This document shows, one piece after another, positions 1 to 7,332 of a stretch of 53,655 nt of DNA (positions within the stretch are counted from its first letter, which is position 1; each line of letters opens with the position of its first letter). The notes beneath the pieces were generated by a model, which saw only the letters and a program-made list of their open reading frames with translations, ran no database searches and was not told the origin of the DNA. Position numbers and translations under genes: made by a program. The stretch is from a virus. Lineage: Duplodnaviria; Caudoviricetes. The stretch spans positions 1 to 53,655 of the IMG/VR virus record IMGVR_UViG_3300037467_002078, one strand, 5' to 3'.

Positions 1-127
1 GCACGCTTGCGACTCTGCTGGATGGTTTTGGAAAGATTTTAAAGGTCTCAACGAGCTTGCCGACGCGAGGAATTTTCTCCGTATTACAAAAAGAATAAAC
101 GGCGGATATAACCACTTGGAAGAAAGA
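1..127. repeat. Terminal direct repeat, left copy (assembly overlap of a circular/permuted genome)
   Basis: Bases 1-127 are identical to 53529-53655; the endolysin ORF reads through the junction. Confidence 0.95.
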
Positions 128-184
128 ACAAAATACTACGTGGCCGCCTTGGAAGTATTCGGGGTGCCAGAAGGTGCCCCCTAG
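2..184 (+). CDS. C-terminal part of GH19 endolysin (continues from 53137 across the junction)
   Basis: Frame from position 2 reads HACDSAGWFWKDFKGLNELADARNFLRITKRINGGYNHLEERTKYY...GAP*; ITKRINGG is the GH19 C-terminal motif. Confidence 0.9.
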   Translation, partial: HACDSAGWFWKDFKGLNELADARNFLRITKRINGGYNHLEERTKYYVAALEVFGVPEGAP

Positions 185-395
185 GTGGCGGTACAAGAAT
201 CTTGAGCTCTGCTGGTATGATAATAAAGAAGGTATCAAAGGACTTGTTTGGTCTGTTGAACCTATCTACCTCGCTGCTAGTGTTTCTAAAGTTGGAAGAA
301 ACTATGTAGTTAACACGGCTTGTCTAAAGGGGCTTGCGGCGGAGGAGCTCGAATCGCTAACTGACTTTATCAACGATATAAATTCACGGAGCTAA
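174..395 (+). CDS. Hypothetical protein
   Basis: Fills the gap between endolysin and spanin on the same strand; start uncertain. Confidence 0.45.
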   Translation: MPPRWRYKNLELCWYDNKEGIKGLVWSVEPIYLAASVSKVGRNYVVNTACLKGLAAEELESLTDFINDINSRS

Positions 396-397
396 AG

Positions 398-1012
398 ATG
401 CCAATATCAGGTCTTCTAATAAAAGTTGGCCTTTGGGCCGCACTTATTTTCACAATAATCGGTGTTATCTGGAAGGGAACTTCTGCCGTCTACAACAAAA
501 TCTACGATAAAGGTGTTGTGGCTGAGCGCGAACGTTGGCAGGAAAAGGAAAATCGAGAATCTAGGAAGCGAAACGCAGAAATCGTGGCGCTCCAGATGAA
601 AATCGCAGACGCAGAAGCTGCCTACAACAAGAGGGCAAATGAAACAGGACAGAAACTTACCGTGGAGAATGAAAATGCAAGCAAAAGGAAAGACGCTGAC
701 ACTCGCAATGCTCTCGCTGGCAATATCAGGCTGCGTTGCAACCCCGATACCACCAGACGTGGAGATGCAGGAGGGGCCAAAAAAGGTGATACCAAAAACC
801 AACCCAGCGATAATGATAAAGCGGGACCCGAACTATCGGGAGAGGTTGCTGCAAATCTTCTCGGGCTCGCAAACGACGCCGACCGAGATGTCCGGCAACT
901 AGGGGCGGCACAACAAGAAATTGAGTCCCTAAACACTTTTATAGCGCAAGCTTGCAATGGAGAAACTGATGAAACGAGTACTGTTCATACTGAAGCGAAG
1001 AACCGACCTTGA
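398..1012 (+). CDS. Rz: i-spanin (Rz-like)
   Basis: N-terminal TM helix, coiled-coil periplasmic region, follows endolysin, contains embedded lipoprotein ORF. Confidence 0.85.
   Translation: MPISGLLIKVGLWAALIFTIIGVIWKGTSAVYNKIYDKGVVAERERWQEKENRESRKRNAEIVALQMKIADAEAAYNKRANETGQKLTVENENASKRKDADTRNALAGNIRLRCNPDTTRRGDAGGAKKGDTKNQPSDNDKAGPELSGEVAANLLGLANDADRDVRQLGAAQQEIESLNTFIAQACNGETDETSTVHTEAKNRP
669..902 (+). CDS. Rz1: o-spanin (Rz1-like lipoprotein embedded in Rz)
   Basis: Alternative frame inside Rz; signal peptide with lipobox (TLTLAMLSLAISGC) then Pro-rich segment; GGAG at 664-667 (start 669 or 675). Confidence 0.75.
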   Translation: MKMQAKGKTLTLAMLSLAISGCVATPIPPDVEMQEGPKKVIPKTNPAIMIKRDPNYRERLLQIFSGSQTTPTEMSGN

Positions 1013-2006
1013 CTACGGCGATTACTCCAGCAGCCTTTCGACTGGACTGCTGAATTCATCGTTGTTTGTTAATGATATGCTTATCGACAGCGGGATTGAC
1101 TCCCGCATTTCGGTCGTGACCGATAACAATGATATTGACCGTGAAGTAACAGCCTACCGACCGACCCACGTGATAATTGAAGCACTGTGGGTAGTACCTG
1201 AGAAGTTTGATATCTTAAAACGCTACCACCCTCATGTCAAGTGGATTGTGCGTCTGCATAGTGAGGCGGCATTCCTGGCCAACGAAGGGATGGCAATGGG
1301 CTGGATATTCGAGTATCTCAAGAAGCCCAACGTCTATGTTGCGGTTAACAGCATTCGATTCAGGGACGATCTTGTCAGTTTGATCTGGTGGGCCGATCGT
1401 CCAAAGATTCTGTACATGCCGAACTACTATCCCATCGGAAATTTCGTCGCGCCTGATACTTCAATTCGACGCCCAAGGACGGTGAAGATCGGTTGCTTCG
1501 GCGCCATTCGCCCACTAAAGAACCAACTGGCTCAGGCCATAGCCGCGTTGAAGTTTGCCGACGAAATTGGAGTCAAGCTGGAGTTTTATGTCAACGCCCA
1601 GCGGGTTGAGATGAAGGGCCAGCCGGTGCTGAGAAATCTTGAGGCTATGTTTGATCATACTGGCAAACACAAGCTCGTGAAGATCGACTGGCTGGAACAC
1701 CGAGACTTTCTTGATGTGGTGTCTGGAATGGATATGTGCCTCCAAGTATCTTTTTCGGAGACATTCAACATTGTTGCGGCAGATTCAGTCAGCCGTGGGA
1801 TACCGACAATTGTGTCAAGAGAGATACCCTGGGCCAAGGCTGGTTTTGCTAACCCAACCAGTATTGATAGCATGGTTGTCGCTATGAAAAACACTTGGCC
1901 ACCCGCTAAGAGGGCGGCCAACGTGACAAAGAACCAACGGGGTTTGGCAACGTACTCCCGTAACTCCCAAAGGCTATGGGGAGATAGAACTCTCTGGCAC
2001 TGCTAA
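969..2006 (+). CDS. Glycosyltransferase, GT-B fold (GT4-like)
   Basis: GAIRPLKN and ETFNIVAADSVSRGIPTIVS resemble the GT4 G-R-x-x-x-K and E-x-F-G-x-x-x-x-E-A-x-x-x-G-x-P motifs; GGAG upstream of ATG 969. Confidence 0.8.
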   Translation: MKRVLFILKRRTDLDYGDYSSSLSTGLLNSSLFVNDMLIDSGIDSRISVVTDNNDIDREVTAYRPTHVIIEALWVVPEKFDILKRYHPHVKWIVRLHSEAAFLANEGMAMGWIFEYLKKPNVYVAVNSIRFRDDLVSLIWWADRPKILYMPNYYPIGNFVAPDTSIRRPRTVKIGCFGAIRPLKNQLAQAIAALKFADEIGVKLEFYVNAQRVEMKGQPVLRNLEAMFDHTGKHKLVKIDWLEHRDFLDVVSGMDMCLQVSFSETFNIVAADSVSRGIPTIVSREIPWAKAGFANPTSIDSMVVAMKNTWPPAKRAANVTKNQRGLATYSRNSQRLWGDRTLWHC

Positions 2007-2381
2007 TCAAGGGTAAAGAGAGGCAATCTGCAAGCCTTTAATAAGGCCTCGGGCAAACGATCTAGCGCGCTCTTCGTTGAACTCTTTCGTTTGCCCGGGT
2101 AGTAGCGCCGCCTTTAACAGCAACGCTGATTCTTCATCCCTTGTGAAGAACAGGGGATATCGCTTCTCACGCCTGACCATCCACTCCATTGTGATAGTTA
2201 CGATATCAAAATTAACACGCCTGGATGGATGAAGAAGATACCCGCATTCCACGTCTAGGAATTCAGATGGCCTGTAGACAGGAACGACGTACGTTCCCGC
2301 ATGAATGAACGCCTTGTCTATCCCAGGCAGTTCCAGCACAGTAATGGGCTCGAAGTCGTGGGTGTAAAGGATAATTCTCAT
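2007..2381 (-). CDS. Hypothetical protein
   Basis: Last gene of the minus-strand operon; abuts the GT stop tail-to-tail. Confidence 0.65.
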   Translation of the reverse strand: MRIILYTHDFEPITVLELPGIDKAFIHAGTYVVPVYRPSEFLDVECGYLLHPSRRVNFDIVTITMEWMVRREKRYPLFFTRDEESALLLKAALLPGQTKEFNEERARSFARGLIKGLQIASLYP

Positions 2382-2383
2382 AG

Positions 2384-2641
2384 CTAGCGAAGCCCCGCCT
2401 GTCTTGCACGTAGGCACGCTGCCATCAGTTCCCCTCGCCGCATCCCAATTGCCAAGTCGTTGGCAATAGTCGACGAAGCGTTCCAGTAGTTGATCGAACC
2501 GCCTGGAGCACTGGCCGTCGCCTTTTGCGCCTCATACTCACAGAATGCGCGATCCTCCTCGCTGAAGGAGGAAGGCGCGCTGTCCAAAGTCGTGCAGCCA
2601 GCTACCAGCGCGGCTGCCATGATTATCGCTGCAGTTTTCAT
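2384..2641 (-). CDS. Small lipoprotein
   Basis: MKTAAIIMAAALVAGC lipobox; GGAGG RBS. Confidence 0.75.
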   Translation of the reverse strand: MKTAAIIMAAALVAGCTTLDSAPSSFSEEDRAFCEYEAQKATASAPGGSINYWNASSTIANDLAIGMRRGELMAACLRARQAGLR

Positions 2642-2642
2642 T

Positions 2643-2864
2643 TTAACCTCCGTTGAAGTTACCATAGTTAGCCAAGTACATCCTCTGAGAAATTCCATCA
2701 AACATCGCGCCAGTAATGTTGTTCTCTCTAAACTCCGCGGCCAATTTGACCTTGCTGGTGTACTTGCCTAGCAGTGCCCCGCTAGGTAAGTAGGCTTCAA
2801 ATTTGTTCACGCTAAAAGTTACTTTGACACCAGTTCTTTGTTCATCAGTCAAATTCAATTTCAT
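2643..2864 (-). CDS. Hypothetical early protein
   Basis: Directly after a sigma70 promoter and the CTTGCTGAGGAG RBS. Confidence 0.75.
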   Translation of the reverse strand: MKLNLTDEQRTGVKVTFSVNKFEAYLPSGALLGKYTSKVKLAAEFRENNITGAMFDGISQRMYLANYGNFNGG

Positions 2865-2910
2865 TCCAATTCTCCTCAGCAAGGTTCCGATCAAATGTGA
2901 CCGTAAGAGA

Positions 2911-2951
2911 ATATTAGCACACTCACCACAGCTTGTAAACAGTTATTTACT
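2911..2951 (-). promoter_or_regulatory. Sigma70-type early promoter with palindromic -35 operator
   Basis: TTTACA-N17-TAATAT on minus strand (2939-2911); TGTAAA-cagtta-TTTAC palindrome. Confidence 0.8.
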
Positions 2952-2954
2952 GAT

Positions 2955-3371
2955 TCACCTCTTCAATGGCCGCTCAACAGTGATTTCTTTTGCATTCCCA
3001 AACCACTCTCGAAATCCCTTCTTCTTCAATATTTCGACTGTTTCGGCGTCATCGAACGGTTCAGGGTGCCAGCCGTAGAAATGCAGGTCGTACTGGTCGT
3101 CCAGCCAGTCACGGCCATAGAACGTGACTCTCTCGTGCCTAAGCCGCACACTCTCCGGCTTTACATACTCAACATCCCAATGTCCAGCGTCTTTAAAGTC
3201 AAATGGTTCAATTTCAACGATGGCGGCCGGAACCTGTGGATCGGTACGAGTTTTCCTCACATCACTCATACAAACAAACCGAGCTTTCACCCATTTGTCG
3301 CCACTAAAATAGTTCATTAAACAATCCAGCTCCTCACCTTTCGGCAAAACTAACAAATCCTCTATTCTCAT
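2955..3371 (-). CDS. Hypothetical protein
   Basis: ORF with GGAGG RBS within operon. Confidence 0.75.
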   Translation of the reverse strand: MRIEDLLVLPKGEELDCLMNYFSGDKWVKARFVCMSDVRKTRTDPQVPAAIVEIEPFDFKDAGHWDVEYVKPESVRLRHERVTFYGRDWLDDQYDLHFYGWHPEPFDDAETVEILKKKGFREWFGNAKEITVERPLKR

Positions 3372-3383
3372 AATTCCTCCAGC

Positions 3384-3665
3384 TCAGCGTTTCCGCTCTT
3401 TTCGTGTTGAAACTCCTGGCCCAAGCCTTGTCATGATGCAGGTCACCTCCCCAGCTCTAACTACCTTGGCGATATACCCGTCATCGCACTGAACGTGGTT
3501 TCCCTGCTCCATTTCGTGGTACGCTCGACTCAGCTCATGAGTCTTCCAGGTTACCATCCCCATCAGCAAAACTACCAGCAGAAATAAACCCAAAGCTATT
3601 CCTCGCCACGCGGTAGTTCTGCTGTTGAGGTAAATCAGATGAATGCCGAGAAATTCCGGCTTCAC
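3384..3665 (-). CDS. Hypothetical membrane protein
   Basis: One TM helix; probable GTG start overlapping the upstream stop. Confidence 0.6.
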   Translation of the reverse strand: MKPEFLGIHLIYLNSRTTAWRGIALGLFLLVVLLMGMVTWKTHELSRAYHEMEQGNHVQCDDGYIAKVVRAGEVTCIMTRLGPGVSTRKERKR

Positions 3666-3856
3666 GGATAGACTGTCTTCCAAATGATAATCGCGCAGAT
3701 TACCACAAGCGCCAGAAGACCCCACGACCACCCAGGCGAGGAACCTTCGTCCTCAACAGTGAATCGAGTACCGAAGACACTGCGTGAGTCGCGATGATAG
3801 TCGTGGCGCCTTAGGATATCTTCAGTTCCCATATATTCCTGCTTAAGTTTCTTCAT
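3662..3856 (-). CDS. Hypothetical membrane protein
   Basis: C-terminal TM helix, AGGAG RBS. Confidence 0.65.
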   Translation of the reverse strand: MKKLKQEYMGTEDILRRHDYHRDSRSVFGTRFTVEDEGSSPGWSWGLLALVVICAIIIWKTVYP

Positions 3857-3871
3857 TTCGCTCTCCTTTAT

Positions 3872-4363
3872 CTATGGCCAAGTTTCCCATTTCCGACCAG
3901 CTGCAACCCAGAGTTTCTCCGACTCAGAATGAGGGTACGGTTCCACAAATACGATCCTCTCGCAGCTAGTGTTTAAAAGAAGTTTTACGCACGTCACACA
4001 TGGGCTGGTTGTGATATACGCCGTATGTATCTGATACACGTCATGGCACTGCAAGAGCGCGTTCTGCTCAGCATGGATTGCCTGACATGAGTCAAGGCCA
4101 GTCCCACTGGGAAGGTCAGCACCCTTGCAGGCAAAAGGGTACTCAGGTCTAGTGACGAAGCAGTGTCCATTCTCGTGCTGCCCCACCTGAAAATGGGCTT
4201 CGTTGCAGTGCGGAAGACCTGAGGCGACCCCGTTGTACCCAGTGGCAAGCACGTGCCCTCTGGCGTTCAGTAGAACGCAGCCAACTTGGCGTCGAACGCA
4301 CGTAGCCCTAAGCGAGGTCTGCCTTGCCAGTGAGATAGCCCATTCATCTCGGCTAGGACGCAT
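3872..4363 (-). CDS. dCMP deaminase
   Basis: ATCVRRQVGC, TGYNG, HAEQNA and PCVTC zinc-deaminase motifs; GGAGG RBS before ATG 4363. Confidence 0.92.
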   Translation of the reverse strand: MRPSRDEWAISLARQTSLRATCVRRQVGCVLLNARGHVLATGYNGVASGLPHCNEAHFQVGQHENGHCFVTRPEYPFACKGADLPSGTGLDSCQAIHAEQNALLQCHDVYQIHTAYITTSPCVTCVKLLLNTSCERIVFVEPYPHSESEKLWVAAGRKWETWP

Positions 4364-5171
4364 CTGCTGCCTCCCACCAACGGAGTGAGGAGCCTGGACT
4401 TGTCTCGCGTAAATCCTTAAGCGCGCGCAAGAGAACCTTCGGTGATTGCCAGAGCGTGGCCGGAGCCTCCTGCTGGCCTTCATCGTCCCATACCGAGTTG
4501 ATGATAGCCTTTGCTGCCTCCCAGTTAGATTCGTAGATGTGGCTTGACGCGGCAGTCAAGTGCAGAGTACCCGGTTTAACAACGAAGTTTTGTGGACCGA
4601 AGGTGTTGAGATATCCGCAGACCAGATAGGCAACCATGCAGAAGTTAAAAACGTCATACGGCACACCCAGCCAGATATCTGAGGAGCGCATGAAGACATG
4701 CGCATTCAACTCTAGTTCATCGTAGTGTGATTGTCTGATGTTAAAGAACATGGCCACGGTGCAGGGCACATCTTTTGTTACAGGTGGGTTCTCCCGCCAA
4801 ATGGTAAGTCCTGCTTGCCTGGAATCCCTGTCCTCTAAAAGCTTGTCGACCACGTAATGAAGCTGGGCTAAAATCTTAGGCCCGTAAGCCCCGAAGAATT
4901 TTACTCCGTCATCAGAGAACTTGGCGATGTTCGGATTATAGGGCGCGATCGTCTTCACCTTGTTGTCGCCGGAGACGATCCAGTACGCCTCAGCTGCCAT
5001 GAACTTGTAATTCAGTTTCCTGGCTGGCACCTTCAACACGGGTTTTCGCATGTTAACAGCGATGGTGTGCTGTGGCAGTTCTCGAGTGAGCATCCCTCTA
5101 GGGGAAACCTCATATCCAAAGTACAAAGCTGAGTGAAGCAGGCTGAGCCATGTTTTTGTAAAATCTATCAT
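4353..5171 (-). CDS. Thymidylate-synthase homologue, probable dCMP (hydroxy)methyltransferase
   Basis: EAYW, DSRQA, DVPCT (catalytic Cys), MRSSD, HIY motifs; LGVPYD has Asp where dUMP-specific ThyA has Asn. Confidence 0.85.
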   Translation of the reverse strand: MIDFTKTWLSLLHSALYFGYEVSPRGMLTRELPQHTIAVNMRKPVLKVPARKLNYKFMAAEAYWIVSGDNKVKTIAPYNPNIAKFSDDGVKFFGAYGPKILAQLHYVVDKLLEDRDSRQAGLTIWRENPPVTKDVPCTVAMFFNIRQSHYDELELNAHVFMRSSDIWLGVPYDVFNFCMVAYLVCGYLNTFGPQNFVVKPGTLHLTAASSHIYESNWEAAKAIINSVWDDEGQQEAPATLWQSPKVLLRALKDLRETSPGSSLRWWEAADAS

Positions 5172-6103
5172 TTCTTCTCCTTGATCAGCATTTGGATGAG
5201 CGGATAATTGTCTTCAAGAGCACCTTGGAATCGCTTCCAAAATTGTGGGTGAGGGACTTGGCGCAAGTTAGTCAAGTTGAGACCAAGAAGTTCCTTGTGC
5301 GCTCTTCCTCCAAGGGCAAACACGGGGCGGCTGAAGTGGAAGTCTTTCAGAAACCACAAATCTTGATCTGAGTTGATCCAAAGAAGTTGATCTTCTCGAA
5401 TTCCAGCATTAATAAGCTGCTGCGTCAGCCACTGACTACATCCAGTATTTGAAAGCGAACCGAACGGCCACTGGTAAAACGCATCCTCGTCCTTCTGTTC
5501 GCCAAATCTGTCTCCCACCAGCACCAGCTTCGCCCTCCAATCGCCGGCTGAAGCGAGATGGAGTGGGTGCCGAGGCGCGCGGAATGCATCTAGCATGTCC
5601 TTATTAATCTTCCCACTGGACGTGTAATCAAACAGAATAGACGGGAGGTGGGTTTGATGTGGGCGCTTGTAAAAATCGTAGACAACACGGAGCTGGTCTT
5701 CATTGTCAAGCATCTCAAGATTCTTCCGAGAGAGGTAGTTGTTTCTGACAACCTCCCATGAAGGAAGGCATCTCACTACTACAGCCCCACACCTGAGGGC
5801 CAAGCGTTCCAGCACGCGAATCTGCCCCTCAGTTATGCGAAGCCGGTTGTTCCGGAAGGCGACGCCGTAGGGCTCCTCACTCAACCAGCAACGATCAAGC
5901 ACGACATCTTGGTACCCCAGAAGCGCAGGCAACATGGCTTCGACATACATCCGCCCCAGCCCCTTATCGACTCTTGGGAGCGCAGAGAAGTGGACGTAGC
6001 GCGCTCCAGTTTCCTTCGCGAACTCAGTGGCAGCGGTAGTTTTGCCGCCGCCATCCGGCCCTTCAAAGATTGTTATTTTTGCCGAGGTGACATTCGTCAT
6101 CAC
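5168..6103 (-). CDS. dNMP kinase fused to a uracil-DNA-glycosylase-like domain
   Basis: N-terminal IFEGPDGGGKTT P-loop and LDR motif; C-terminal LVLVGDRFG...WPF...WIN...FALGGRA...VPHPQ resembles UDG-superfamily motifs. Confidence 0.75.
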   Translation of the reverse strand: MMTNVTSAKITIFEGPDGGGKTTAATEFAKETGARYVHFSALPRVDKGLGRMYVEAMLPALLGYQDVVLDRCWLSEEPYGVAFRNNRLRITEGQIRVLERLALRCGAVVVRCLPSWEVVRNNYLSRKNLEMLDNEDQLRVVYDFYKRPHQTHLPSILFDYTSSGKINKDMLDAFRAPRHPLHLASAGDWRAKLVLVGDRFGEQKDEDAFYQWPFGSLSNTGCSQWLTQQLINAGIREDQLLWINSDQDLWFLKDFHFSRPVFALGGRAHKELLGLNLTNLRQVPHPQFWKRFQGALEDNYPLIQMLIKEKK

Positions 6104-6512
6104 GATGGTTTTCCTCTCTAGAATCGATTCGTGGATTATATCCGGCCGCTATCAAGATTTCGAGCGTCTTCGGCCCAACCCAACCAGCCGGTTTAGTGAC
6201 ATCTACGACATGCCCGCGCTTAGTACGACCTCGCTCCTTGGTCATGTTGGCACGCTGGACGTCCGCCCAGAGTGCATCCCACGGTAGCCCCAGCATGTCA
6301 GCTGTACCCATGGAAACGTAGACGATGTCGATCAAGGCATCTGCCTGGGCAGCCAAATCTTGGGCATTGCAGGCTTCTTGAAACTCAATGAACTCCTCGC
6401 CGATGAAATCGATTCGCTCTCCTAGCTTACGTCGGGTCAAGTGGACGGGTTTACGGTGCGATAGAAGACCGAACTTTTGGTGAAACAGAATTACATCTTC
6501 AAATTTTGCCAT
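6063..6512 (-). CDS. MazG-like all-alpha NTP pyrophosphohydrolase
   Basis: EEFIEF, DALIDIVYV and VQRANMTK motifs. Confidence 0.85.
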   Translation of the reverse strand: MAKFEDVILFHQKFGLLSHRKPVHLTRRKLGERIDFIGEEFIEFQEACNAQDLAAQADALIDIVYVSMGTADMLGLPWDALWADVQRANMTKERGRTKRGHVVDVTKPAGWVGPKTLEILIAAGYNPRIDSREENHRDDECHLGKNNNL

Positions 6513-6515
6513 GCG

Positions 6516-7298
6516 TTATCTCTTCAGTTTGCGGCATACCCACAGATTGTTGCGAGCATAGTCTGGGTACAATGGGGCAAAGATGCAGCTGATGGCATCG
6601 TTGTCGTAATATTCGGAAAGCGCAGTCCTCAGCACTTTGATCGCCTCGTCCTGTTTGACCAGCTCAGGAGTAGAAAGCCCCGCCTGGCCACTGTTTGCTT
6701 TGCCGATGTGCTTGATGTCCATGAATGTACCGAACCGACGCTCGATCTTGAACCCAACCTTCTCTGTCGCCTTCTGAAGTTCCGGGACGGTATATTCGTG
6801 GATGTGATTGGCTGCGTGCCGCACTCCATCGTAGCATGGAGTGGACATCAGCATAGTGCCTCCTGGTTTGAGAAGGTCGAAGCAGCCCTTCAAAAGCTTT
6901 GCCCCATGTTCGACTTTCATGTGTTCAATGACTTCATAGTGGACAACAACGTCGAAGCCTTCTGGCCGAAGCTTCTTCAGTTCCTTCTGGCGTTCGACGA
7001 AGTTGAATTCCCCTAGGAAGGTTAGCCTCTGGCTATTGGACGGCTTCAGCTTGTTCATGTCTACACCAACGTAGGTATTGACATGGGCTGAAGCCCCGCC
7101 AGTCAGAATCTTGCTGAGGGGACGGTCCTCACCACATCCGATTTCCAGCACGTTATCTTTTGTGGTGATGAACCGTCTCGCAAAACTCCAACGCCAGAAA
7201 TGCGCGCTATAGTCCCGATGGAGGGACTTCCCATGTCCAGCTTCACGAAGCTGGGTTGTATCAAAATCCCGTCCATCACGGATTTTTTCTCGACGCAT
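6516..7298 (-). CDS. Class I SAM-dependent methyltransferase (small-molecule type)
   Basis: VLEIGCG motif I, YVGVD, FDVVVHYEVIEHM, LLKPGG, STP...HIHEY; no DNA-MTase DPPY/NPPY or PCQ-type motif IV. Confidence 0.88.
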   Translation of the reverse strand: MRREKIRDGRDFDTTQLREAGHGKSLHRDYSAHFWRWSFARRFITTKDNVLEIGCGEDRPLSKILTGGASAHVNTYVGVDMNKLKPSNSQRLTFLGEFNFVERQKELKKLRPEGFDVVVHYEVIEHMKVEHGAKLLKGCFDLLKPGGTMLMSTPCYDGVRHAANHIHEYTVPELQKATEKVGFKIERRFGTFMDIKHIGKANSGQAGLSTPELVKQDEAIKVLRTALSEYYDNDAISCIFAPLYPDYARNNLWVCRKLKR

Positions 7299-7332
7299 GT
7301 CCTTCTCCCCTCTTCTTGGTTTTTAAAAAAAA

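Noticed and set aside
1-127. 127-bp end repeat as a biological terminal repeat
   Set aside because: It lies mid-endolysin and its length equals a common assembler k-mer; most likely an assembly overlap
3872-6512. hmU/thymidine hypermodification pathway of M6/ViI type
   Set aside because: The TS homologue has Asp rather than Asn, a canonical ThyA is present, and no 5-hmU DNA kinase or amino-acid:DNA transferase genes were recognised
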